This document shows, one piece after another, positions 13,758 through 27,378 of a stretch of DNA of 64,000 bases. The position numbers and the translations under genes are program-made. Numbering within the stretch: the stretch's first letter is position 1; each line of letters opens with the position of its first letter. Under the pieces are notes generated by a model, which was given only the letters and a program-made list of their open reading frames with translations, did not search any database and was not told where the DNA came from. Origin of the DNA: Eledone cirrhosa (taxonomy: Eukaryota); NCBI GenBank assembly GCA_964016885.1, contig OZ024740.1, positions 241,180,001 to 241,244,000 of the forward strand, given 5' to 3'.

Positions 13758-14964
13758 ATTAATGTAAATGAGATGTATCTCTAGCAAGATACTTAAAATA
13801 CAATTCCTCTACCTATATGAAAACAGAAGTGACAGGAAAATTAAGAAGAAAATAAAACACATTTTTAGTTGAAACAATTGAAGAAGATAATTCAAGTTGT
13901 AGACATTGCCAAAATCAAATCCTCTAAAACGAGAATAACAACGGCATCAACAACAATATCTAATGATGTATATTATATTTGTAAATCATGTAAAAAGGAT
14001 ATTTAAAGACAATAAACAGGCTGAGTTTATTTAATAAGACTGCCATAACAATGCTGACGTACCGAAAGCGTTAGAAAGCTACAAATTAAATTTTTGGTAC
14101 GAGCTGCTCAAAATGTTTGGTTCTAAAACAAAAGTTTTCAATCGTTGCTGATAACATATGGTTTCAAAGCAGATACATAGATATACCTACAATGAGATGG
14201 TTTAGTTGCAAGTTGTTTCTCAGCGGACTAGTTGTGGTACAACACTGGCATAAATTGTTTGAATTTAGGGTTTTTAAAATGGTATTACGTTGTTTAAACC
14301 TGATTTTTGATATTAGAAGTTATTCTTAATAGATAAGTTCGCTTAAAGAACAAAACAAATAACTCATGAAATTTCTATGTGAGAGTGTAGAACGGAGGAT
14401 TACACAAGACTGTTGACTATAGAAACTTTCTTTCGTGGTCATTAAGGAAACAAAAAAAAAACACACGCACACACACACACACAAAAGAGTTTAAGTTATT
14501 CTCAAAGTGGTCATTTATAATAGCCTTTACTTTGGGTATACTTCAGTGAAGGCAATTGTGATAGTGTGTCATACAGGTGGCTTATCTTAGAATCTGAGCA
14601 GAGGCAATTCGAAATAGAAATGTTTGTAAAGGCAGAAAATATAAATTTGACTAGAATTCTATACAAACTTGTTCCTTTCGTAAGTAAATATCTTTACATT
14701 TAATTTTAGAATTGGAAAGTAATAATGGAATACTAATAAAAAAAATGTAGGTTCTTATATAATTAAATGAATATTTACATATGGTTTTTATGTATTGCGT
14801 TCATAATTCCAATATCTATTTTTGTTTCTTTTAGCAAATATAGAACGTTTTCGAAGATTTATATTCCAGTTAAGAATTGCTTATTTTTATCATCACATTC
14901 AGTAAAATGAAAAAGCAAAACCGAAACAAAAACATTTTAATGGGATAATCAAGAACTAAGATCT

Positions 14965-16207
14965 TCTGCGGCAGGTCTTCGAGAAATCGTGGTAGCATTG
15001 TCAAGAGGTGTATTCTTGTTTTGTAGACCTCGAAAAGATATATGACCGCTTTCTTCGGAAAGTGCTGGGCGAAGGTTCCACAGGAGTATCGTTTCGATGG
15101 TTAGCTTTTTGCTTCCCGGATGTCTCTATACGAATACTCGAGTATTTGTGTTCCGATAAATGGTGCTAAATCGAAGCCATTCAATGTGGGTGTTGGACTC
15201 TGCCAAGATTGCATACTGTCACCTTTCCTGTTCATTATTTTCATGAACAAGATTGACATGCGCAACAGGGTTGGAAGTGATATGACGGGCGGGTGTAAAA
15301 TCAGTCAATTGGAATTTTCAGGCGACATGGTGTTACTTAACTCGACGGAAAGTGATATCCGTCTTGCACTCGATAGGTTTGGTGCCGCATGCTGCATGGC
15401 TGGAATGAAAATCAGTGCTGCGAAAACTGAGACGCTCGTCCCCTCAAGGAAGCCTGCGCAGTGCACTCTACATGGGAATGGAGTTCGACAGAAATAAATG
15501 AAGAGGTTCGAGTACCTCGGAGCCATGTTTACGTGTGATTGAAGGCAGAGGGGTGGATTAAGCGAAATAATTGCAGTAGCTGGTGCAGTAATGCGCCAGC
15601 TTCAGCTTTCGGTAATCAGAAGGGAAGAAGGTGTAAAAGCCAAACTCGCTATCTTCAATTCAGTATTCGTGCCATCCCTTACCTATGGTCATGAATCTTG
15701 GTAATGACCGAAAGAATACGATCGCGAATACAAGTGGCCGAAATGGAGTTCTTCCGGAGGCTTTCTGGAGTAACGTTACTAGATAGAGTGCGCAGCTCGG
15801 AGATCAGAGAGTCACTCGATGTAGAGCTGCTACTTCTCCGAATTGAGAGATCACAGCTCCGATACTATGAGCATGTGGTTAGAATGTCCCAGGAAAGAAT
15901 CGCTGGACAGATTTTACGGGCAAAACCAACCGGCAGGAGACCCAGGGGTAGACCCCGAGCAAGTTGGTTGGATAAAATCCCTGAGCTTGGCTAGACTCAC
16001 TTGGGGATCCAGCCGGATCGGTTGGAGATGGTTGCTTCTGACAGGACCCCTTGGAAGGAGTGTTTGAGAACTTTACCCCAACGACCATCTCAGGAATAAG
16101 TGGACGAAAAAGAAGAAGAAGAAGAAGAAGAAGAAGAAGAAGAAGAAGAAGAAGAAGAAGAAGAAGAAGAAGAAGAAGAAGAAGAAGAAGAAGAAGAAGA
16201 AGAAGAA
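14965..16207 (+). mobile_element. 5'-truncated RTE-clade LINE with long (GAA)n tail
   Basis: FVDLEK.YD, GLCQDCILSPFLF, EFSGD, FEYLG, QLRYYEHVVRM and GRRPRGRPRASW; (GAA)n at 16110-16206. Confidence 0.9.
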
Positions 16208-17493
16208 ACCTTTTGATTATGAAAATAAGATATTCCACGTTTGTGTTTTATAGAAGCTTCTCTCATATTGTATTAAACCACACTTATCAGCTCAAGACCT
16301 TTCGGTACGTAGTTGTACATCACACACAAATAATTGTTTCTACTTTTGGCACAAGGCCAGCAATTATCCAGTGCATTACTGGTACTTTATTTTATCGACC
16401 CCGGAAGGATGAAAGGCACACAGCCGAACATACTTTGTGAGACATAGATATATAGAGAATATAATTGTATATGTGTGGCAGACGCTTGTGTATTTATAGA
16501 TGAGCATGTGGTAAATTATCACATATCAAAGCGATATCAAAGGAAATAAAAGAATTAACATTGCTGACTAAAATGCAGCCCTCCGGGTGGTCATTTCGAG
16601 GTTTATAATATATATTACCTCGTCTTTAGTATACATAAGACTTCATTGACTAACCTGACCATTTCTAATGTAGGAATGTTTGATGTGATTTTTGAGGGAG
16701 ATTTGGCTGCTACTTTATATTTCAAGCGATCATGTAAAAGTTCACTTGCTAAACACCGAAACATGCCGATTCTTCTTCTTCTTATCGTGTCCTCAAGAGT
16801 GTCGGCTACAAAGCTTGGCTAGATGTGGTTCCGCCACAGCTGATCACATTGCTGTCTTTTCTCATTAAACAGGCAGATGAGACGAGATGGTATTTTTGTC
16901 TACCAGCAAGCAGCCCTCTCTTTGTCTGTATGCCTGTCTCTCTCGCTTTCTATTTCACTCATTGAAAGTGAATGTTGGTGTAATGGGTGAAACGAAGTAT
17001 ATGATCATTGCATTTCAGTGCAGAGAGGTGGTTGGTGTAAGTGGTAATGTGAAGTAGGAATTATTTTAAGAAGGCGTGACATATGTTGAAAGGAAGGGCT
17101 GGCAGTGTTTTGGTTACATACATAGATATATTCAAATAAGCTCTATTGCAAAATTGATTGGTTCAATATACCTTTTCAGACTGTTTTTCATATGAATAAA
17201 CCTCTGAACAATGTTATTATCGCTGTGAAAAGAAAACACTCAATAACCGACATTACTTTTGAATATTTGTTGGTTTTTATCACGAATATTTTGACAAAAC
17301 CTTCAGCTTGCCAGATGAAATATTAATGTGATACTATGAAATATTTAATTTAATACTGTTTGGAGTAATTACATTTTCAAATTTAATGGTGGCACCAATA
17401 TTATCTGTTTCAAACCTGAAGTACTACTAAGAATGTTTAATATAATGTTTAAAATAATAGTTTTTCCCCGTTTATTTGCTCTCTCTGTCCTTG

Positions 17494-17602
<109 letters not shown>

Positions 17603-17930
17603 ACACACATATATATATACATATTTATATATATATATATTATATATGTTTTTGTATTGGAATTAATGTAAACAAGCATATTAGATAATTAATTCAATAC
17701 TCTTCATTTACCATGTAAAGGAAAAAACAAAACAGATCAATACATTTACACTTCTTTACTGTAGTGAATTAAAGACATCATTACCATCCCCTTCCACCTC
17801 ATCGTAAACACCACCATTATCTCCACTATAACCATTACTATTACCATAACTGTAAGCTTCCCACTCCCGTCACTATCACAATCATCATTATAATTACCAT
17901 TACCATCAGTATTACTACACCAGTCTCATT

Positions 17931-18503
17931 ATTACAGTTGGCAGTATCAGTAGAGGGTCGGATGTCATGCTTTTCAGCATAGTTACGTCCCTTTACGGTC
18001 TGAGTTCAAATCCCGTCGAGGTTAACTTTGCCTTTCATCCTTACGGGGTATGCCGATAAAGTAAAGTACCAGTAATGCACTGGGTAATTGCTGGCCTTGT
18101 GCCTAAAGTAGAAACAATTATTACAGTTGGCAGTATCGGTAGTGGGTCGGATGTCATGCTTTTCAGCATAGTTACGTCCCTTTACGGTCTGAGTTCAAAT
18201 CCCGCCGAGGTTAACTTTGCCTTTCATCCTTACGGGGTCGTCGATAAAGTAAAGTACCAGTAATGCACTGGGTAATTGCTGGCCTTGTGCCTAAAGTAGA
18301 AACAATTATTACAGTTGGCAGTATCGGTAGTGGGTCGGATGTCATGCTTTTCAGCATAGTTACGTCCCTTTACGGTCTGAGTTCAAATCCCGTCGAGGTT
18401 AACTTTGCCTTTCATCCTTACGGGGTCGTCGATAAAGTAAAGTACCAGTAATGCACTGGGTAATTGCTGGCCTTGTGCCTAAAGTAGAAACAATTATTAC
18501 AGT
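17931..18503 (+). repeat. Three head-to-tail 188-bp copies of a 5'-truncated SINE
   Basis: ATTACAG recurs at 17931, 18120, 18308 and 18496; the units are near-identical. Confidence 0.95.
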
Positions 18504-18586
18504 ATACGCTCACGGTGCATCCGAGAGGATCGTTGAGTTACATTAGATCGGAATATATTTGTTGACCTGTATGTTTCTCTATTCGT

Positions 18587-18705
18587 GAAGGCGCGTGGCT
18601 GAGTCGTAAGAGAATTGGATTCGCAATCGTGAGGTTGTGAGTTCGATTCCTGGACCGGCCGATGCGTTATGTCTTTCAGCAAGACACTTTATTTCATGTT
18701 GCTCC
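18587..18705 (+). mobile_element. Second tRNA-derived SINE family (CORE-like), 5' part
   Basis: GTGGCTGAGTCGTAAG...GAGTTCGATTCC tRNA boxes followed by TGTCTTTCAGCAAGACACTT; related copy at about 37505-37800. Confidence 0.7.
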
Positions 18706-18866
18706 TTCTACCGGGAGTTGCGACCGATAGAAAGTATTAGCAATTGGAAAGACCAACGGAAACTTTATTTCCTCGGTCCGATTTGACGAAAGTCGATCGA
18801 TGTCGATGTTTCTTTATTCTATTGTTGCAAAAAGTCATCAGCCAAACCATCACCATTATTATTAGA

Positions 18867-19470
18867 CGGTGGATTGGCATTATCGGTAGAGGGTCGGACG
18901 CCATGCTTTGCAGCATAGAGTTACGGCCCTATATGATCTGAGTTCAAATCCCGCCGAGGTTAACTTTGCCTTTCATCCTTACCGGGTCGATAAAATAAAG
19001 TACCAGTCACGCACTGGGATAATTGCTGGCTTTGTGCCAAAAGTAGAAACAATTATTATTAGGCGGTGGATTGGCAGTATCGGTAGGGCGTCAGACAACA
19101 GGCTTTGCAGCATAGAGCTTCGATCCTTTACGTTCTGAGTTCAAATCCCGCGGGGGTTAGCTTTGCCTTCATATTTACGGGGTCGATAAAATAAAGCACT
19201 AGTAATTCACTGGCGTAATTGCTAGCCTTGTGCCAAAAGTAGAAACAATTATTAATTGCTAATGCCGGTGGATTGGCAGTATCGGTAGAGGGTCGAACTC
19301 CATGCTTTACATCATAGAGTTACGGCTCTTTATGATCTGAGTTCAAATCCCGCCGAGGTTAATTTTGCCTTTCATCCTTATGGGGTGGATAAAATAAAGT
19401 ACTAGTCAGGCACTGGGGTCGATTTAATCAACTGCCCCCCCCCCCCCCAATTGCTGGCCTTGTGTCTATA
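18867..19470 (+). mobile_element. Three adjacent diverged SINE copies
   Basis: GGTGGATTGGCA starts near 18868, 19065 and 19267; the copies differ at many sites. Confidence 0.9.
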
Positions 19471-20289
19471 TAAGAAAATATTATTATTTGTAAAACTACA
19501 ACAACTTCGCCGATGTTACGTATTCATTCACTCTATAAATAGAAATGCTTCGGAGTTTTTTTGCAGAGGCTTGACTAAAATCAATATGAAATCGTTCAAC
19601 TTCATAACTTTATTGAACCATTTTATATTTGTTTTTTTTCTCTTTCAGTTTTCTGGACAATAGTGATATCGAGTGGATCAGTCGCTTCAATTTTATATTT
19701 AATTAAAAAAATGTGTACTAAAAATATTTCTATTATTTCGTTAATCAAACTCAATTTTCTTGCTTCAATTTCCTTTATGGGAATTGTTCTTTAACATAAG
19801 GAGAATACATCACATTCATTTATCTTCCGTAGATATAGCCTTAGCTTTGAGGAGTTAATGTCATCAGACGGTGTCCAACAATCAATGGCGTCGAAATTTC
19901 TGCCCATCTTATCTCCTTTCTCTTGTTCCATAACCAACAAGAGGCTCTTTCTGTAATAAACTCGATCGGTGGCTTTCTCACTTCCTATTACTCCAATGGC
20001 CTTACCTGAATGGCTGCAGTTGTCACTGTGTTAATGGGAGCCCCCCTTTCACGTCCTGATTATGAAGCAGACATATGAATAAATGGGTTCCAGTCGATAA
20101 TTATTGTTTTGCTTTTTCTCCAAGCAGTCTATTTATTTATTTATCACAATTTTTTAACGGTAGCATAGCTTCTTATGAGTTAACGATCGACTAATCACAT
20201 CACTGGTTCAAGGCAATTCGGTGGACATAGTCCAAAAGGCACCGTTCTTTTCACTGACGAAACTCCCGGTCGATACATATTATATTCAC

Positions 20290-21345
20290 ATAAACGCATA
20301 TATAGGCGGTGAATTTGTTTTACAAGGTTTTTGATATGAAATCGTGTGTTGAAACAAATATTGTTATATTTGGAGAGGGTCATCTTATTATAATTGTGCC
20401 AGAATATATAGTAAAATACATTCACTGTTTGGACTGTATATTTTATATTTCTATAATTAATTTAGCTTGCAATCTATCTTTATTATTGATTAACAGTTAA
20501 AAATATAAATATAAATATAGTCTTTCAGAATTCTTTCGTCACACACCTGTGACGTCATCATTGATATTATTACGTTTCTTCACGTTGTATTGTTGTAATG
20601 TTTTCTTATTCTATTTTATTTATTTATTTACTGTTGTCTCTGTTTGCGCATGTGTTTGTGTGCGTGTTTTCTGTTTGGTGCGTGTTCAGGTCTGAGTCTG
20701 TGTCTGTTTGTATTCTATCTTTGGTCACTAGTGTGTGTTTATGTGGGGTTGTTATTATTGTTTCTGTGTATATTTATCTATATTTATCTTAGATCACTAT
20801 TATGTGTTTGTGTATGGTTGTTGTTGTTGTTATTCCATTCATGTTTCTCTGCCTAGTTTCAGTTTTCTTAATTCTATTTCAGTTGCTTGCCTAATTAGTC
20901 TACTTGTTGAGTCATTCCTATGCTTAGATATTATTTCAATTTCTATGTTGTCTATATTACCATCATGTCTTAGTTTGGCATGTTCATACAGTACCCATCT
21001 GTATTTTTGTCCTTTTAGTTCACCCCAGTGTTGGTCTATTCTCTCCCCTATGCCACGAGCTGTCTCTCCTATGTATGTCGTTGACCTGTTTCCGCAGGTA
21101 CCCTCAGTACATCTTATGCTATAGACTACATTTATAGTTTTATAAGTCATTTGTGGATTTATTCTACATATTACACATTTCTTATTAGTACAGTGGATTT
21201 TCTTAAAGGGGAAAGTTTTGCTGATCAGGGATTTTATGGTATTTCCTGGCTTTTCTACCACTTTAATCTTTAAATAGGCCTTTCTTAGGACCTTTCTAAA
21301 TTGGTTAGCTAGTTCACCTCCAGGGGTTCCATCCCCGAACATGAG
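20290..21345 (-). mobile_element. Penelope/Poseidon-type PLE remnant: GIY-YIG, pLTR with HHR-like motif, start of next ORF
   Basis: ORF 20839-21342 has VVYSIRC...TYIGETARGIGERIDQH. Minus strand has TGATGAC-GTCAC..GTGAC-GAAA-GAATTC near 20530-20560, then MTLSKYNNICFNTRFHIKNL, homologous to MTLPKYNNIGFNTRFQIKNL at 27299. Confidence 0.85.
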
Positions 21346-21561
21346 GTGAACTAGCTGTACAATAGAGTATAACTACATATTGAGGGCTCTTTCTTTACTC
21401 ATTACAACCACACATTCAGGCAACTCCATGGTGCAAAAAGTTAATACATTTTCGTCCAGAATAAAGACAAAGTTAAGAAAGTGACCGGGTGCATGTGGGT
21501 ATAGTTCATAACCACAAAACCATAAATACCAGCAGGTATATATATATATAAAGAAAGTATT

Positions 21562-21655
<94 letters not shown>

Positions 21656-21849
21656 TACACATGTATATATATATAGCTACCAACAGTAATGGTCGCATTC
21701 TTTAAGGGTATGTCAATATTTATTTATAAAACTGCTCTATAATATATTTTATCTGATGAAAGCACACCATAATTTAACTTGGTGTCCTTGAAATATGTAT
21801 AATAAAATAAATATGGTTTTATAAATATAGTTTCCATTTGTTAATATCG

Positions 21850-21974
<125 letters not shown>

Positions 21975-21993
21975 GTATGTGTATATATATATA

Positions 21994-22835
21994 TATTCAT
22001 TAGTTAAACAAAACAAGACCACAAATTTCACAAGGAAGACATTATTAAAAGATTGTCAACATATTTTAGTTTGATGTAAGGAATGTAGAGAATAATAATA
22101 ATAATATTAATAATAATAATGTCCGTTTACAATTGTTTCGCTACTCCATATAATGTTTCTGGATCAAATGATTATAGATCATTATTGATCTGGTTCAGTT
22201 GAAAATAATTAACTTAGGTAAGATTAGAGCGGCTCATCGGAACTTCAAAAGGAATATAAATTAAAATAAGGAAAAAATGTTACATGAATGTAATGTTCCA
22301 TATATTGGTATTTCACTATGGTGTCCTAGGTATATCTATTGTCTGCCATAGTCGAGCAGTATTCTTCTGTCGAGGCTGCATTGTGTGAGATCTGCCTGTG
22401 GGTAACAAGATGGCCGCCAATAGACATATTTACCTTACTAATTAGAGGGTAGTTTCAGGGGAAGTAACACCTCGTGAAATTAGAAATTGTGGGTAGTTTA
22501 TAGTTTAGAAGTGCTAATTTTTTAAATTTTTTAATTGAGAGACAATGTAAGGGAGGTAACTTATAATTATCTAAGTTAGCTATAACTATTTAACTTATTA
22601 GCTACAAGTAAAAATGGGGCTAGATGACTATGTTGGGTCAAATATTCTGTTGGCGAAGGAATTAGCCCTTCGATGTTGACAGCTAATAGTTACCTCCATT
22701 CTATCGTTAATCGGTAGAGGTCGTGATAGAGTTATGAAATGTGCTTCGGTAAGACAGAGGTCACAAGAGTTTCTTCGTCCATTGAACGGTTGGGCCCTAA
22801 CCAAGATATCCCATGTTAGTGTGTGTTCAATGTTT
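21994..22835 (-). mobile_element. PLE 3' end (endonuclease C-terminus, 3' UTR, HHR, tail) ending in (TA)n
   Basis: Minus strand 22833-22630 reads IEHTLTWDILVRAQPFNGRRNSCDLCLTEAHFI...INDRMEVTISCQHRR, matching the C-terminus of the intact ORF (W..L....Y......C.LC..E...CRH). Confidence 0.8.
22125..22243 (-). ncRNA. Type I hammerhead with C4 core variant and ~95-nt helix II
   Basis: GTT-CCGATGA-GCCGCTCT...GGAGTAGC-GAAAC-AATT-GTA-AAC; second copy at 24727-24845 (-). Confidence 0.65.
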
Positions 22836-23049
22836 GGAGGTAGCTGAAGAACAAGCCAATCGGATTGTTTTTTTCCATATGATGTTAAGACGAAAAATAA
22901 TTTACTTTAGTTGAGGTCATGACCCTTTGAAAGGAATGGTTGAATGGTGTTAACAATAGAATTGCTATAAAGAATCTATTAGGTAAAAGGGGATTGTCAT
23001 ATTGATAGTTGAATGTATATGGTATAGTGAAGTTTAAAAGGAATGTAAG

Positions 23050-23650
23050 TAGTTTTAACAATACTAAACTAGCTAACACCACATCTTTAGCTGAAGCAGT
23101 AAATAATTATAAAAAGAAAAAAATAGATTTCAAGCTATAGTGGAACACCATTCTACAAAGAACTCCATATCTTGGGAACAGGAGAGAATGCAGGTTATGT
23201 TCAGGGGAGATCTTGGAAATTACTAAATCTAAGGTCGATTTATTGAATAAAAGAGAGGAACTGATTATAGTTTGTAATCACCGTATACGAAAAACATTTA
23301 AATACTATGAACCTAATTAAATATTCTAAATAGCAACTCACTATAATTCTATGTAGCGTAACATTTGTTAGTATCCCTTTCCCCTAAATATACGCATTCA
23401 TGCTTATTTCTTACCTTTTAATTTTTTAGCTTCCTTAGATTTATGCGTTAATGACTAAGGGCATCAAGGTACACAACCACCCGTAATTGCATGAGTAAAT
23501 ATGTATCTATGTATGTATGATATGTGAATATATATATATGTATATGTGTGTGTATATGTGTATATGCGTGTATATGTGTATGAGTGTTTATGTGTGTGTG
23601 TGTACATGTATGTGTGTGTACATACATATATATATGTGTGTATAGGTGTG

Positions 23651-23699
<49 letters not shown>

Positions 23700-24553
23700 G
23701 ATTGTGTGCACATATGTAGATGTATGTATATGTTTACATCTATTTATACGTATGTATGTTTTTAATTGAGTATCAATATAACTATACCTCTATCTATGTG
23801 TGTATATACACTTTGTGATCTAAGAAATTTATGCGTTTTGACTATATGTCAACATGCATTTATCTGAGTTTGATTATTTACACATAGACATACTTGAAAA
23901 TATTTTAAGACGTATCATACGCTGTATTATACTATGTACAATTTACCACACCGTACTATATTATGTTACATTATATTATATTATTGTATTACTATATTTC
24001 ATTATGTTATAATTTTCATCTTTCAATATACTATCTTTCCTGGTCATGACCTTAATTTATATTCACCTAAAAACTCCATACAACACAACACAACATTTAA
24101 TTTTTACATTCCTTTTAAACTTCACTATACCATATACATTAAACTATCAATATGACTATCCCTTTTTCTTAATAGATTCTTTATAGCAATTCTATTGTTA
24201 ACACCATTCAACCATTCCTTTCAAAGGGTCATGACCTCAACTAAAGTGAATTATTTTTCATCTTAACATCATATGGAAAAAAACAATCTGATTGGTTTGT
24301 TCTTCAGCTACCTCCAAATAAGGTCATAGAAGTCAATTTACTACTAATTTACTACTAATTTGGAATAAAATTCTCATTGCTTTTGACAACTGCTGGTGAT
24401 ATGCATGTAAGTAAATATTTTCCTTATCTGATATTTTGTAACTAACCGATCGATAAATAAGTATGGTTACGATGTATTATCATCACCTAGAAACGATCGT
24501 AAAGCAGTGAAGTATATTTCTAATGACTTGATTTTTTTATTTCATTGTTTTAA

Positions 24554-24556
<3 letters not shown>
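23050..24556 (+). mobile_element. PLE 3' end (endonuclease C-terminus, microsatellite-bearing 3' UTR, HHR, ~50-nt tail); its UTR segment 24104-24319 is copied inverted at 22833-23048
   Basis: 23080-23320 reads TSLAEAVNNYKKKKIDFKL*WNTILQRTPYLGNRRECRLCSGEILEI...LLNKREELIIVCNHR; the inverted ~215-bp repeat is seen directly. Confidence 0.8.
24376..24508 (+). ncRNA. Hammerhead-like motif with U3-A8 core variant and long helix II
   Basis: ATTGCTT-TTGACAA-[CTGCTGGTGAT...ATCACCTA]-GAAAC-GATC-GTA-AAGCAGT; 7-bp helix I. Confidence 0.55.
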
Positions 24557-24594
<38 letters not shown>

Positions 24595-24601
<7 letters not shown>

Positions 24602-24916
24602 TTAGCTAAGCAAAACAAGACGACAAATTTCACAAGGAAGACATTATTAAAAGATTGTCAACATATTTTAGTTTGATGTAAGGAATGTAGAGAATAATAA
24701 TAATAATATTAATAATAATAATGTCCGTTTACAATTGTTTCGCTACTCCATATAATATTTCTGGATCAAATGACTATATATCATTATTGATCTGGTTCAG
24801 TTGAAAATAATTAACATAGTTAAAGAGAGAGCGGCTCATCGGAACTTCAAAGGAATATAAATTAAAATAAGGAAAGAATGTTACATACATGGAGTAGTGA
24901 AACAATTGTAAACGGA

Positions 24917-24969
<53 letters not shown>

Positions 24970-25072
24970 TCTACATTCCTTACATCAAACTAAAATATGT
25001 TGACAATCTTTTAGTAATGTCTTCCTTGTGAAATATGTGGTCTTGTTTTGCTTAACTAATGAATATTTCCAG
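24595..25072. mobile_element. Fold-back pLTR unit; 24595-24886 is also a direct repeat of 21994-22285
   Basis: 24889-25065 is the inverted copy of 24595-24751, with an expanded (ATT)n; contains an HHR at 24727-24845 (-). Confidence 0.8.
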
Positions 25073-25244
25073 CTCTGCGCGCCTAACTTCTGCATGAACC
25101 TAGCCACCTAGCTGCTTTATACTGCATATTGCACATTGAGCACATGCCTTTACGCTTTGGCTTCTAACTAACTCACCAATCTCTCCTCCTCTATCTTCTC
25201 TCCTATCTCCATCTCACTCTTTAAGATTGGTTACTCTTGAACTG

Positions 25245-25352
<108 letters not shown>

Positions 25353-25381
25353 TATATATTATATATATATATATATATACA

Positions 25382-25570
25382 TGGTGAATTGGCAGTATCG
25401 GTAGAGAGTCGGACACCATGCTTTGAAGCATAGAGTTACATCCCTTTATGATCTAAGTTCAAATCCCGCCGAGGTTAACTTTGCCTTTCATCCTTACGGG
25501 GTCGTTAAAATAAAGTACCAGTAATACACTGGTGAATTATTGGCCTTGTGCCAAAAGTAGAAACAATTAT
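25382..25570 (+). mobile_element. Full-length SINE
   Basis: Same consensus as 8253-8439. Confidence 0.9.
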
Positions 25571-26026
25571 TGTTTATATATATACTTATATATTGGTTAT
25601 ATACACATTCATACACACACACACACACACACACACAAATATATTTATATATATATATATATCTATATATCTATATATATCCAGCCATCTCGAACTACAC
25701 ATTTAACGAATGTCATTAGTGTTTCGCCGTCATATATGTAGTCGTTTCTATCGTAGCATTCAACTGTCATGGCCAATTTATGTTTACTAATATAATATAT
25801 CTACTACGTCGTTGTCAATATAAATTTAATATTCCATTGCGATCGCGAATTTTCATGCCGTGTCATTAAAGCTGCCAGCAAAATCTCGTTTATTATTATA
25901 GTTTTACTTTTACCTTTCATCTTAAATATATTTCAAATATTTGTCGTTTATATTTCAGATTCTTTGTCTGTCTGCTATTCTGTATGTATGTACACACAGA
26001 CACACACACATACACACACACACACG

Positions 26027-26060
<34 letters not shown>

Positions 26061-26112
26061 AATTCGAGCCCTCTTCGGATCTTAGTCTTGATATTTATTA
26101 TTACTATATATA

Positions 26113-26188
<76 letters not shown>

Positions 26189-26337
26189 CGTGTGTGTGTG
26201 TGTATGTATGTAATCACACACACACACACTCACATACACACCCATATATGTGAGTCCCGGTTTCAATCGAAGATAACCACAGTTAGTAACGTACTCAATA
26301 TATTAGCTGAGTGTAAAAATCATGTTTAATATCAAAT

Positions 26338-26416
26338 TACAGGACTAGAACTGTTTCATTCAAAAGAAATCATGAGAAAAGCCTGATGATATGAATGAAA
26401 CAGTTCTAGTCCTGTA
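26338..26416. repeat. 25-bp inverted repeat with partial hammerhead signature
   Basis: TACAGGACTAGAACTGTTTCATTCA / TGAATGAAACAGTTCTAGTCCTGTA, with CTGATGA at 26383; a related arm is at 754-778. Confidence 0.6.
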
Positions 26417-26442
26417 GAAGCCAATTTCTATATTAAACATGA

Positions 26443-26520
<78 letters not shown>

Positions 26521-26795
26521 AATGAAAAGTATAGAAATTATTGTAGTAAGAAGCCAACAGTATTCCATAATATATATAAGTGACTATATATATTATGGAA
26601 TACTGTTGACTATAGCGTCAAAATGGAAAAATAGTTAACGTAAGATGTGGGAAAATAATTCAAACTCAATTCCAAAAGAATCAGGATATAGATTCATCCA
26701 CAGAATTTGGTGAAATCCAGGGGAAAATCAATAGCGCCTTAACTCAGAATAAAATAAAGTTTAAAATACTCATCCTTCAATTTGGAAAAACTACA

Positions 26796-26829
<34 letters not shown>

Positions 26830-26837
<8 letters not shown>

Positions 26838-27378
26838 ATACTTTGGGAGGGTCATGTTGCCAATAAGAAACACACGCACCAGTTGCTTTCACTCCAATTT
26901 ATTATAAATTAAATTATAAATTAAAAAGAAAATTTAAAAATTTAAAAATTTTTGGTTGGCTGGTTGGTTGGTTCCACAACCAGACGGTTGTTCATATATT
27001 GTCAAAGTTCTTTTGTCACACATTCTGTGACCTCTTCAGTGACTGGGGATTCTTTTCTTTGCTTTGTGCCTCTCCTTTGTTCTGTCCTACGCCATCTTGT
27101 TTTTGTCCCTGAAGAGGTCACAGAATGTGTGACAAAAGAACTTTGACAATATATGAACAACCGTCCAGTTGTGGAACCAACCAACCAACCAACCAACCAA
27201 AAATTTATAAATTTTTAAATTTCTTTTTTTAAATTTATAATTTAATTTATAATAAATTGGAGTGAAAGCAGCTGGTGCGTTTGTTTCTTATTCGCAACAT
27301 GACCCTCCCAAAGTATAACAATATCGGTTTCAACACACGTTTTCAGATAAAGAACCTTGCTAAACAAATTCAGAAACG

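Noticed and set aside
14599-14679. Candidate short exon ending in GTAAGT
   Set aside because: Splice-like signals are common by chance in AT-rich DNA and the peptide is not recognisable.
17931-18503. Regular repeats (also 49742-50305) as a CRISPR-like array
   Set aside because: Whole units repeat with no unique spacers, there are no cas genes, and the units are eukaryotic SINE or UTR sequence.
25690-25822. Minus-strand TTGACAA...GAAACAC...GTGTA hammerhead-like pattern
   Set aside because: Helix I cannot be paired, so the fold is incomplete.
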